From contig CBDANF010000003.1 of the NCBI GenBank assembly GCA_965197475.1, positions 2,304,001-2,368,000 on the forward strand: DNA of 64,000 bases, written 5' to 3'. Of the stretch, positions 12,086 through 21,896 are shown one piece after another. This DNA comes from Candidatus Poribacteria bacterium (GTDB lineage Bacteria; Poribacteria; WGA-4E; WGA-3G). The notes beneath the pieces are model-generated. The model ran no database searches, was not told the origin of the DNA, and was given only the letters and a program-made list of their open reading frames with translations. Positions within the stretch are counted from its first letter, which is position 1, and each line of letters begins with the position of its first letter. The position numbers were made by a program, and so were the translations under genes.

Positions 12086-12233
12086 GAACTGAATGCCTGC
12101 AGCGGTAGCGTTAACTGTAAGCACTTTTACACCGAATCTAAATTAAAAATATGGGACGGACCTGGTTAGATGATGGAGATCCGATCTTCCACATTTCCAC
12201 ACCTTCTACCTCTTTTCACAAAAAGGAAATCTT

Positions 12234-13256
12234 ATGCAATCAACACCACAACACACTGACGCAATGGATGCCGACGACGTTGCTGCCATTGATGATCTTC
12301 GCGATGTCTACGACCAATTAAAAAAATCACTTGCCAAGATCATCATCGGTCAGGAGCAAGTCATTGAAAACTTATCAATCTGCCTGTTTTCGCAAGGGCA
12401 TGCCCTATTGATGGGTGTCCCCGGCTTGGCGAAAACACTTTTAGTACGCCGGTTTGCCGAAACCATGGCATTGAAGTTCAGACGAATCCAATTCACACCT
12501 GACCTCATGCCGATGGACATCACCGGCACAGACATCCTGCAAGAAATTCCGGGCGGTAGACGCGAGTTTGAGTTCGTAAAAGGCCCGCTGTTTGCCAACC
12601 TTATTCTCGCTGATGAGATTAACCGCGCCCCTTCCAAAACACAAGCCGCAATGCTTGAGGCGATGCAGGAACACAAAATCACGGTAATCGGTAGAACTTA
12701 TCAACTGGATCCCCCATTTTTTGTGTTAGCAACGCAAAATCCGATTGAACAGGAAGGGACATATCCGTTGCCGGAAGCACAATTAGACCGATTTATGTTC
12801 AGAATTGAGGTGGACTATCCGTCACGATCTGAAGAAATCGAAATTGCTCGAACAACAACCGGTATGTCACTTCCTACGTTAGAACACGTCCTGACAGGTG
12901 AACGGGTCATTGCATTTCAAAACCTTGTTCGGCGCGTCCCCGTGTCCGAGCACATCTATGAATTTGCCGTTGACTTAGCACGTAGCACACGACCGAAAGG
13001 CGACGCAGCACCCGATTGGCTGAAACCGCTCGTTGCTTGGGGTGCCGGTCCACGTGCTGTCCAATACCTAATACTCGGTGCTAAGGCACGCGCCGCACTC
13101 AGCGGTAGCTACATGGCACGGCTTGAAGATGTGACCGCAGTTGCAAATCCAGTGCTGGCACATCGCGTTATTACTTCCTTCGCTGCCGAATCCGAGAATA
13201 TTACCAGCCAAGATATCGTTGAACGCCTCGTTGAAGAGCTTTCTGAGCAAGGGTAA
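12234..13256 (+). CDS. moxR: MoxR-family AAA+ ATPase
   Basis: GVPGLAKT, RIQFTPDLMP, LADEINR and ATQNPIEQEGTYPLPEAQLDRF. Confidence 0.95.
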   Translation: MQSTPQHTDAMDADDVAAIDDLRDVYDQLKKSLAKIIIGQEQVIENLSICLFSQGHALLMGVPGLAKTLLVRRFAETMALKFRRIQFTPDLMPMDITGTDILQEIPGGRREFEFVKGPLFANLILADEINRAPSKTQAAMLEAMQEHKITVIGRTYQLDPPFFVLATQNPIEQEGTYPLPEAQLDRFMFRIEVDYPSRSEEIEIARTTTGMSLPTLEHVLTGERVIAFQNLVRRVPVSEHIYEFAVDLARSTRPKGDAAPDWLKPLVAWGAGPRAVQYLILGAKARAALSGSYMARLEDVTAVANPVLAHRVITSFAAESENITSQDIVERLVEELSEQG

Positions 13257-13259
13257 AAC

Positions 13260-14165
13260 ATGGCACTGCAACTCAAACGGGATTACCTCAATCAGAAAGT
13301 GTTAGAACGGCTTTCTACGCTTCAACTGCACGCTCGGTTGCCGATGATAGGAAGCGTATCCGGCAAACATCGCAGTCCTATTCGCGGTTCAAGTCTTGAG
13401 TTCGCGGAGTACCGTAAGTACGTGCCGGGTGATGACACACGGCGACTCGATTGGCGGGCTTATGCCCGTAATGATCGATACTACATCAAGGAATTTGAGG
13501 CAGATACGAACCTGCGCATGTGTTTAATCGTTGATACCAGCGGCTCAATGGGGTTCGCTCACAACGGCACGAGCAAACTTGACTATGCACGACGTATCGG
13601 CGGCACCTTAGCCTATATCGCCGCGCTTCAAGGCGATGCGGTCGGACTCTACTGTGCGGGCACACAGTTTCAAAAGGAGATCCCGCCTAAACGGAGTGCG
13701 ACACACCTGAGTGTGGTACTTGATGAACTTGGAGCAGTTGAACCGACTGGTGAGACCGGATTGGCAGATGTTCTTCACGAAACCGCCGAACGTGTCCCAC
13801 AGCGCGCACTGATTGTCATCATCTCAGATCTTTTCATTGAACCAGAAGTGGCGCGGAACTGTTTTGAGCACCTACGATTCCGTAAACACGATGTAGCAGT
13901 GTTCCATCTTATAGAACAGAACGAACTGGATTTTGAGTTTGATCGTCCAATGCGCTTTGTTGATATGGAGGGTGGCGAACCTATATTGGCAGACCCACTC
14001 ATTGTTGGCACACAATATCGCCGCGCCCTTGAAGTATATCTCGAAAGTATGAACGAGGTCATCCGAGACACCGAAATTGATTATCATCGTGTCTGCATCC
14101 ATGAGGACTACGGCGACGTATTGGCAAAATTCCTATTAGGGCGAACACCAAAAAAGCGTAAGTAA
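13260..14165 (+). CDS. DUF58 domain protein
   Basis: EFAEYRKYVPGDDTRRLDW, DTSGSM, ISDLF. Follows moxR. Confidence 0.92.
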   Translation: MALQLKRDYLNQKVLERLSTLQLHARLPMIGSVSGKHRSPIRGSSLEFAEYRKYVPGDDTRRLDWRAYARNDRYYIKEFEADTNLRMCLIVDTSGSMGFAHNGTSKLDYARRIGGTLAYIAALQGDAVGLYCAGTQFQKEIPPKRSATHLSVVLDELGAVEPTGETGLADVLHETAERVPQRALIVIISDLFIEPEVARNCFEHLRFRKHDVAVFHLIEQNELDFEFDRPMRFVDMEGGEPILADPLIVGTQYRRALEVYLESMNEVIRDTEIDYHRVCIHEDYGDVLAKFLLGRTPKKRK

Positions 14166-14320
14166 GGCTTTTAGCTATCGGCATTCGGCTGTCGGCTTTC
14201 AGAGAAGACTGGCCTCCGTAAGCCAATAGTTATCTAAAGAATACTATCGTTTGGACAATTAACAAGTTATTCAAGTTGACTTGTTGAGATACTGTGAGGT
14301 GTGTCCAGTCAAAATGCTGG

Positions 14321-14392
14321 ACACCTGTCGCCCCGCTGGGCTCAGTATCCTGGAACACCGCTTTTCTATAAACATTCCGCCCTGCTGGGGCT
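14321..14392 (+). repeat. Paired CGCCC(C/T)GCTGGG(G)CT palindromic repeat (REP/MITE-like)
   Basis: ACACCTGTCGCCCCGCTGGGCT and AAACATTCCGCCCTGCTGGGGCT, about 50 bp apart and intergenic. Confidence 0.5.
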
Positions 14393-14413
14393 GCTCAAAA
14401 GTATTTTTCTACT

Positions 14414-16423
14414 ATGAATTTTCTACAACCTTTTGCATTAATAGCACTTCCCTTGATGTTGCTACCTGTAATCATTCATCTCATCAATCAACAGCGGCAT
14501 CGTACTGTCCCTTGGGCAGCGATGATGTTCCTGATGACTGCGAAACGTATGAGCAAAGGCATGGCACGTCTTCGCCATATTCTTATATTGCTGATGCGCG
14601 TACTTGCGATTGCAGCTCTGATTTTTGCCATTAGTAGACCACTTTCTGGTGGATGGTTAGGGAGTATTGGATTAGCGAAACCAGACGTAACTATGGTGCT
14701 GCTTGACCGATCCGCCAGTATGGAAACGCAAGACCTACAAGCAGGTGAGTCGAAAAGATCCACAGCACTAAAACGGCTTGCACAGTTACTGGAGCAAGGC
14801 GATTACGGAACGCATTTAATTCTGATTGATAGTGCCACTGGACAGCTGCAGGAAGTAGATTCACCGAAAGCGTTATTGAGCATACCTATGACCGAATTGA
14901 GTGCCACGAGTGCCAATATTCCGGGCATGCTTGAATCCGCTTTAACCTACCTCAAGGCAAACAATTCTGGACGTGCCGATGTCTGGCTCTGCTCCGATCT
15001 TCATGAAAACGATTGGGCTGTTGACAGCGGGCGTTGGGATGCAATACGCGGGGAATTTGCGCAGCTAGACGGTGTACATCATTTCTTGCTTGCATATTCA
15101 ACACCATCTTCAAACAATTTATCGGTGAGAGTAGAAAACGTTGAGCGGTGGCAACGCGGCAACGAGGCGGAACTCATTCTTGATGTGATGGTTCGCACTG
15201 AAGGCAGCAATACCGCAATACGAGACGTGCCGATTGAGTTTGAAGTCAACAACGTTCGCTCTGTGGTAGAAGTTGAACTTGATACACGCGGGGCATCTTT
15301 GCAAGGACATCGTATCCCAATTGATGGCACGCTCACTTCGGGATGGGGATCCGTAGGGTTGCCGGGTGATGCGAATCCGTTGGACAATCGATTTTTCTTT
15401 GTGTTTTCAGAATCGCCGGTGCGAAGATCGGTTATCGTTAGTGATGACGCAAGAACTGGCGAAGCGTTTCGTCGCGCACTCACCATTCCAACAGATGCTC
15501 GACTTCAACATCAAGCAGACGTGATTTCCGTGAACCGCGTTGGAGAGATTGATTGGGAAAGGACAGGATTATTGATCTGGCAGGCAGCCTTGCCTAAAGG
15601 GTTGGTTGCGGAACAGATTCAGAATTTCGTCAATAGCGGACGTGTTGCTATCTTCTTCCCACCAAATCAGCATGCTGGTGATCAGATATTTGACTCGCGT
15701 TGGAACGACTGGCAGACACCTGATGATGAGCAAATTTCCCAGATTTCGTGGTGGCGTGGCGATGCGGATCTGCTGGCGCATGTAAATAGTGGTAACCCTT
15801 TGCCTTTGAACGAACTACGCACCTACCAATATCGTGCCCTTGAGAGCACTGGAACAACGTTAGCGAAGTTTGGCAACGATGCGCCGCTGCTAACCCGTAT
15901 AAATACTGACCGCGGCGCAGTTTATTTCTGTAGTACACTACCTACAGCGCAATTCTCATCTTTTGAACGGGACGGTGTTGTGTTTTATGTGATGTTGCAG
16001 CGTGCATTAGCAGATGGTTGTCGTGTATTGACAGAAGCATCTCAACGCGACGCAGCACCTGACGTGCTCGTAGACCGTGAACAATGGAAGGCGGTTGCAC
16101 CTGAAGAGAACGCTACATCCCTTTCACAACGCGGATTACATGCTGGAGTCTACCGAGACGAGGCGTATTGGGTAGCCGTAAACCGTAGTCACGCTGAAGA
16201 CACCGCAAAAGCAGCACCTGTTGATGCAGTTGACACACTATTTGATGGATTGTCGTATCGAAGAATAGATGTAGAAGTCGGAGATACCTCCTCCTTAGCC
16301 AGCGAACTTTGGCGCACCTTTCTCATTGCGATGGCGTTAGCACTCATTGTGGAAGCAGTGCTGAGTTTGCCGAGTAAGAAAGCTGAAGCTAATCCTGTGG
16401 CAGATTTTGCAACAGCGGATTGA
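14414..16423 (+). CDS. BatA-domain / vWA membrane protein
   Basis: N-terminal MNFLQP..LPVIIHL..W.AM.FL (BatA), DRSASM MIDAS-like motif and C-terminal ELWR TM segment. Confidence 0.88.
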   Translation: MNFLQPFALIALPLMLLPVIIHLINQQRHRTVPWAAMMFLMTAKRMSKGMARLRHILILLMRVLAIAALIFAISRPLSGGWLGSIGLAKPDVTMVLLDRSASMETQDLQAGESKRSTALKRLAQLLEQGDYGTHLILIDSATGQLQEVDSPKALLSIPMTELSATSANIPGMLESALTYLKANNSGRADVWLCSDLHENDWAVDSGRWDAIRGEFAQLDGVHHFLLAYSTPSSNNLSVRVENVERWQRGNEAELILDVMVRTEGSNTAIRDVPIEFEVNNVRSVVEVELDTRGASLQGHRIPIDGTLTSGWGSVGLPGDANPLDNRFFFVFSESPVRRSVIVSDDARTGEAFRRALTIPTDARLQHQADVISVNRVGEIDWERTGLLIWQAALPKGLVAEQIQNFVNSGRVAIFFPPNQHAGDQIFDSRWNDWQTPDDEQISQISWWRGDADLLAHVNSGNPLPLNELRTYQYRALESTGTTLAKFGNDAPLLTRINTDRGAVYFCSTLPTAQFSSFERDGVVFYVMLQRALADGCRVLTEASQRDAAPDVLVDREQWKAVAPEENATSLSQRGLHAGVYRDEAYWVAVNRSHAEDTAKAAPVDAVDTLFDGLSYRRIDVEVGDTSSLASELWRTFLIAMALALIVEAVLSLPSKKAEANPVADFATAD

Positions 16424-16459
16424 AGATCGGAATAGTATTCTGTTTCGATAGACATTATA

Positions 16460-16488
16460 TTGACTTCTTATTGTGAAACAAGTATAAT
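16460..16488 (+). promoter_or_regulatory. Sigma70-type promoter of the R-M gene
   Basis: TTGACT-17 nt-TATAAT. Confidence 0.6.
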
Positions 16489-16588
16489 TTGTTATATATA
16501 ATTTTACAATTAGATTATTGTTGCGTTTCCGCTTTTACAATAGTGGTAACAGGACAGAATCTCCACAGAAAACAGATCACGAAAAACT

Positions 16589-19540
16589 ATGTCAAACAAA
16601 GAAGACCTTATCACAACAGCATTCGTTAAAGTGCTCCGTCCGATGCGGCACGGATGGACGCTCACCCAACATCCATCAGCACCGTTCATTGAAAATGACA
16701 GGGAGCCCGATGTCATCGTCACTGAACCGAAACGAAATCCCATTGCTATTGAAGACAAAGTTGACAATCAACGCAGTGCTGACCTTAGTGGTGAAAAACA
16801 ACTTAAGGACTTCTACCTCGGCAAAACACTTGAGACCATAGGACATACAATTCACACTGGCATCGCCGTTCGATTTCCCTACAGATTCAGAACGATGGAA
16901 CAAGCTGGACTTGATGAAAAAATGAAAGAAGCAGTGGATATCGCTTACTGCCTACTTAGTATAGATAAACCTTATCGTTTTCCCAAAGAAGGTTGGTTAA
17001 CAGGCAGCATAGCAGACATCGCTACCGCTATCCGTGTCGAAGCAACTCCTATTTCAAAAATCGAGGAGGCTGTCCAAACGCTTAAAAACGGTGTCAACCA
17101 CGCTGCAATGCGTGCTGAACAAACTATTGAAGAGCGGCCTGATCTTGGAAAACAGATTGCCAAGATTCTCTATCAAGAGCCCGGTAAGCAAACGATACAG
17201 ATGGCAATGCTAATCATTGGAAATGCCTTTGTGTTCCAGAGTCTTCTTGCACATAGACCCGATATGAAAACTGTGCCAAGTCTCAGTGAAATCAACGAAG
17301 AATATGGAAAACTGTCTGTCTCGGAAGTCTTAAAAGTCTGGGGACATATTCAAAAAATCAACTATACCCCTATTTTCGGTGTAGCCGACCGACTTGTTCG
17401 CGTTCTCAGCGGTGATGACCAATTAGTTGGTGATGTATTGCGTATTTTGCGAAAAACTGCTCTTACCCTACAAAACATGGGGCTTGCTCATGAGCATGAA
17501 CTCGCGGGGATTGCATTCCAAGATTTTATCAAAGATCGGAAAACTATCAAGGCTAACTACACACGCCCCGAATCGTCTACGCTCCTCTGTGCGCTTGTCT
17601 TACCAGAACTAAAGCAAAAAGCGAAAAATATCAAGGTCGCGGACTTTGCTTGCGGCACTGGTACACTCCTTAACGGTATGTACCAATGCATCCTTAACTT
17701 TCACGAACAATCAGGTGGTAAAGGGGAAGACATCCACAAACACATGGTAGAGAAAAATCTCCTCGGTTGTGACATCCTTCCCAATGCTACACACCTCACT
17801 GTTTCTATTATTGCTGGCACTTATCCTGACATCCGCATTGGCGACACCCGTATCAAAACAATGGCTTATGGAACACCACATGGCGATGGAAGTTACGCAA
17901 TCGGAGCACTTGATCTACTCAACAACCCAGAGCAAGCTACTCTTCTTGACTTAGAAAAAGTTGAAGCTGTGAGTGGAATCGGAAATCGATCCGAACCGCT
18001 TCGTAAGCAATTTAAGCCTCATGAATTTGACATAGTGATTCAAAATCCACCGTTTACTCGAATAGGTGCGGATAACAACTCGGATACGCCAAAGCACATT
18101 TTTGCTGATAAGAAAGTGGCTGAGGAGATGCGCAAAGCACTCAAAGGTCAAAAAAGCAGAATTGGTCATGGGCAAGCAGGTCTCGGTTCTTACTTCGTTG
18201 ATCTTGCAGACAAAATGCTTAAACACAAAGGAAGAATGGGAATTGTGCTTCCCGCGGCAGCACCGGCTACTACTAGTTGGCGCAAAGTTAGAGCTCTCTT
18301 TGCTCAAGAATACCACGGTGTAGTTGTTGTCACAATTGCTGACCCTGATATTAAAAAATGTTCTTTTTCTGCAGACACAAAAATCGCTGAATGTCTCATC
18401 ATTGCTACAAAGGGAAAATCAACTGACACGGGCCGTGGAACCTTTGTTTGTCTACGTCGTCGCCCAAATAGTGAATTAGAAGCTCTGGAAATTGCAAAGC
18501 AGATTAATCAACTCAAAGAAATCCGTCAACTTGAAGATGGCACTGTCGGAGGAAATTCAATCAAGGTTGGTGATGAAATTGTTGGACACGCAGTAAACGC
18601 GCCCCTTACTCAAGTAAATGACTCCTGGCCTGTAACACGAGTGAAAGATTTGGTTGTAGTCCAATCCGCCCACCAACTCATTAATAGTCAATTGTGGCTT
18701 TCACATCAAGACAAACCTGTTAAGCTTCCAATTTGCTCCCTCTCTAAAATTGCTACGATTGGTAAGAGGATTTTGGATATAAAAGATGACGCTGGAGGAA
18801 AAGCTTTTGATGTTGAAAAAGGGAGCATTGAAACAGCAGATTATCCATGTTTGTGGCATGTAAAGTCCGAAATTCAGAGAGCAATGGTCGTTGTTCCTGA
18901 TGCTCACGCTTTACCCCGGCCAAATGCGATTGAAAAGGTTGCAGAAATAAAAACATGGAATGGTAGGTGTCACTACAACAGTTGTATACAATTTAATGCT
19001 AATTCTCTTGTCGTAATGTTTACTGAACAAAATACGATAGGAGTAGCTCTAATTCCAAACGTTGTTTTTAAAAACAAAAATTATGATTATGCGTGGACAC
19101 TTTGGGGGAATTCAACCTTGGGTTTGTTATGCCATTGGATGCATTGTGGTAAACAACAAGAAGGACGGGGAATTATTAGAAAAGAGTCGCTAAGTTCTTT
19201 GCCTACTTTAGATGTTCGTAAGCTCAATCCGTTTCAGTTAGCAATGGCAGAGTCTATTTTCCATGAATTAAAACACAAGCGCATGCTTCCGTTCAACGAA
19301 ATGGTAGATGATCCAGTACGCCAAGAACTTGATCGACGGTTGTTATCTGAAGTCCTTGGTTTTAAAAAAGATACCTATCCAGATGTACATAAGGGTATGG
19401 ATCTCCTTCGTGCCAAATTGTGCGCTGAACCCAGCATCTATGGAACTAAAAATTCGAAAAGTGATTTGGAGGCGGAAGCACAAAAGCTTGAACTTCAGGA
19501 CGAAAACCTAGCTCCAGTGCAAGATGAGTTATTCCTATAA
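16589..19540 (+). CDS. Fused endonuclease / amino-methyltransferase (Type IIG-like R-M enzyme)
   Basis: N-terminal EPDVIV..IAIEDK (PD-(D/E)xK), motif I DFACGTG, motif IV NPPF, and a probable C-terminal target-recognition region. Confidence 0.8.
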   Translation: MSNKEDLITTAFVKVLRPMRHGWTLTQHPSAPFIENDREPDVIVTEPKRNPIAIEDKVDNQRSADLSGEKQLKDFYLGKTLETIGHTIHTGIAVRFPYRFRTMEQAGLDEKMKEAVDIAYCLLSIDKPYRFPKEGWLTGSIADIATAIRVEATPISKIEEAVQTLKNGVNHAAMRAEQTIEERPDLGKQIAKILYQEPGKQTIQMAMLIIGNAFVFQSLLAHRPDMKTVPSLSEINEEYGKLSVSEVLKVWGHIQKINYTPIFGVADRLVRVLSGDDQLVGDVLRILRKTALTLQNMGLAHEHELAGIAFQDFIKDRKTIKANYTRPESSTLLCALVLPELKQKAKNIKVADFACGTGTLLNGMYQCILNFHEQSGGKGEDIHKHMVEKNLLGCDILPNATHLTVSIIAGTYPDIRIGDTRIKTMAYGTPHGDGSYAIGALDLLNNPEQATLLDLEKVEAVSGIGNRSEPLRKQFKPHEFDIVIQNPPFTRIGADNNSDTPKHIFADKKVAEEMRKALKGQKSRIGHGQAGLGSYFVDLADKMLKHKGRMGIVLPAAAPATTSWRKVRALFAQEYHGVVVVTIADPDIKKCSFSADTKIAECLIIATKGKSTDTGRGTFVCLRRRPNSELEALEIAKQINQLKEIRQLEDGTVGGNSIKVGDEIVGHAVNAPLTQVNDSWPVTRVKDLVVVQSAHQLINSQLWLSHQDKPVKLPICSLSKIATIGKRILDIKDDAGGKAFDVEKGSIETADYPCLWHVKSEIQRAMVVVPDAHALPRPNAIEKVAEIKTWNGRCHYNSCIQFNANSLVVMFTEQNTIGVALIPNVVFKNKNYDYAWTLWGNSTLGLLCHWMHCGKQQEGRGIIRKESLSSLPTLDVRKLNPFQLAMAESIFHELKHKRMLPFNEMVDDPVRQELDRRLLSEVLGFKKDTYPDVHKGMDLLRAKLCAEPSIYGTKNSKSDLEAEAQKLELQDENLAPVQDELFL

Positions 19541-19608
19541 CCTAATCTTTAATACACCACGTAATCTATAAAAAAAGAGTTTTAGCACACTCGGAGACCT
19601 AACAAAAA

Positions 19609-21816
19609 ATGCAAGACCAGCAAGGACACCTTGAATTCTTTTCAAGCGGTTCCGTCATAATTTTAGGGCTGATTATCGTAATTGTAACCGGTGCATTGTG
19701 TTGGTTTGCATGGCACCGTAGTGGTTATCGCAATCGAATCGGATGGCTTGAGTTGCTACGTTTTGTGCTCGTTTGCCTCGTGGTTCTTACACTAAATCAA
19801 CCGGAATGGTTAGAGTCACAGCCTCCGGAACGACGTTCCACACTTGCAGTTTTGTGGGACAAATCTAATAGCATGCAAACACAGGATGTCATTGACGATC
19901 AAGACACCACAGCAAACCGCAAAAGCCGTGCCGAAACGATTCAAACGTTGATGTCCGAGGATGTTTGGAAACCCGCGGATGATACCGAACTCAACGTAGT
20001 ATTTGAACCGTTCTCTTCACTGTTGGACTCAGCAGAAGAAGCTACAGATTTAAACGCAGGACTGTCGCACGTTTTGGACAATCATTCCAACCTTCGCGGC
20101 GTGGTACTACTGTCGGATGGTGATTGGAACGTTGGCAACTCACCAGTGGAGGCAGCGACACGGTTTCACATGCAAGGGATTCCCGTTTTCACGGTGGGAG
20201 TCGGCAGTGAAGTCCCATTGCCTGACCTTGAGTTAGTCAGTATGGACGCACCAACTTACGGCGTAACAAAAAAGCAGTTACGCATTCCGTTTGTCGTCCG
20301 TAATACCTTGGGACAGGATAGAGATGTAACCCTCACGTTAAGCGTCAATAACGAGGCAAAGGTTACTAAAACTATCACTGTTCCCGCTATGGGACAAGCA
20401 CAAGAAAATATGGCTTGGACACCAAAGGAAACTGGTGATTACGACCTAAACCTACGGATTGCGAAGGATATACAGGAGCTGATTCCCGAAAATAATGAAC
20501 TCTCTGCACCTATATCCATACGGAAGGAGCAGTTGAAAGTCCTCGTCATTGAATCTTATCCACGTTGGGAATATCGATACCTACGCAACGCTTTGGAACG
20601 CGATGCGGGTGTTGATGTAACATGTTTGCTCTTTCATCCTAAGTTACCGAAGGTCGGAGGCGGACGCAGTTATATTAAACGTTTCCCTGATGCCAGAGAA
20701 CTTAGCAATTTTGACGTGGTGTTCCTTGGCGATGTCGGTATAGCCCCCGAACAGTTAACGGTCGAACAAACACAAGACTTACGGCAACTCGTCAGTGCGC
20801 AAGCTACTGGCATCGTCTTTCTACCGGGACGCACCGGGGCACAGGATTCGTTGACTGTCGGCCCACTTGCGGACCTCTATCCTGTTGTCTTAGACCCTGC
20901 GGCACCGAATGGTGTCGGTTCAAGTGTACAAGGGTATTTTGCACTCACCGAACCCGGACAGCGAAGTTTGTTAACACGTCTTGGAGATACTGACCTTGAC
21001 AATAGTGAGGTATGGCGCATGTTACCAGGGTTTTTCTGGTACGCTGGCATCCAACGCGCGAAGGCAGGCACTGAAATTTTGGCAGTGCACGATCAAGCTG
21101 CCACAGTGTCCGGACGAGTGCCGCTAATCGTTACAAAGACCTACGGCACAGGTAAAGTCCTATTTATGGGGACAGACAGCGCATGGCGTTGGAGGCATGG
21201 TGTGGAAGACAAATACCACTACCGCTTCTGGAGCCAAATCGCACGCTGGATGGCGTACCGCCGACAGATGGCGCAAGGCGAAGCAATACGACTGTTCTAT
21301 TCACCAGATAGACCACACGTTGATGATGTGCTAACGTTAAATGCTAACGTGATGGACAACGTTGGCGGTCCGTTGGATAGGGGCACTGTTACTGTGCAAG
21401 CGATTTCACCTTCAGGGAAAACAGAGACAATTCGACTTCAGCCGGGCATAGAGGATGCGTTAGGGTTGTTCGTCGGGACGTTTGTGCCGAAAGAGGCTGG
21501 TGACTATCGTCTTGTTGCGACCAGTAGCGAAACAGGTGCCTCTGTTCAAACAGAGCTTTCTGTGCAAGGCTTGAACCGGGAACAGCAGGGACGTTTGGCG
21601 CGTTTTGATGTTTTAGACGAAATCGCCAAAATTACCGATGGGAAATTGGTCTCGATTGCTGAGGTAGGAACGCTATTAGATCATCTGGCAGCCTTACCAG
21701 AACCCGAACCGATTGTTAAGCGAACACGAATCTGGGCACATCCGATCTGGGGCGGATTGATTATCTTACTGCTTGGATTATTTTGGGTTGCACGCAAAAT
21801 GGCAGGTACGATATAG
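19609..21816 (+). CDS. vWA + glutamine-amidotransferase-like membrane protein (MoxR cluster)
   Basis: DKSNSM, LLSDG, PRWEYRYL, WRWR..FW.Q..RW, with terminal TM helices. Confidence 0.82.
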   Translation: MQDQQGHLEFFSSGSVIILGLIIVIVTGALCWFAWHRSGYRNRIGWLELLRFVLVCLVVLTLNQPEWLESQPPERRSTLAVLWDKSNSMQTQDVIDDQDTTANRKSRAETIQTLMSEDVWKPADDTELNVVFEPFSSLLDSAEEATDLNAGLSHVLDNHSNLRGVVLLSDGDWNVGNSPVEAATRFHMQGIPVFTVGVGSEVPLPDLELVSMDAPTYGVTKKQLRIPFVVRNTLGQDRDVTLTLSVNNEAKVTKTITVPAMGQAQENMAWTPKETGDYDLNLRIAKDIQELIPENNELSAPISIRKEQLKVLVIESYPRWEYRYLRNALERDAGVDVTCLLFHPKLPKVGGGRSYIKRFPDARELSNFDVVFLGDVGIAPEQLTVEQTQDLRQLVSAQATGIVFLPGRTGAQDSLTVGPLADLYPVVLDPAAPNGVGSSVQGYFALTEPGQRSLLTRLGDTDLDNSEVWRMLPGFFWYAGIQRAKAGTEILAVHDQAATVSGRVPLIVTKTYGTGKVLFMGTDSAWRWRHGVEDKYHYRFWSQIARWMAYRRQMAQGEAIRLFYSPDRPHVDDVLTLNANVMDNVGGPLDRGTVTVQAISPSGKTETIRLQPGIEDALGLFVGTFVPKEAGDYRLVATSSETGASVQTELSVQGLNREQQGRLARFDVLDEIAKITDGKLVSIAEVGTLLDHLAALPEPEPIVKRTRIWAHPIWGGLIILLLGLFWVARKMAGTI

Positions 21817-21896
21817 TTATGGTATTCATTTACTCTCTTCAGAAAATCCTTTAACCGACAACTGATAACCAACAGCCACATAAAAGGAGAACTTCA

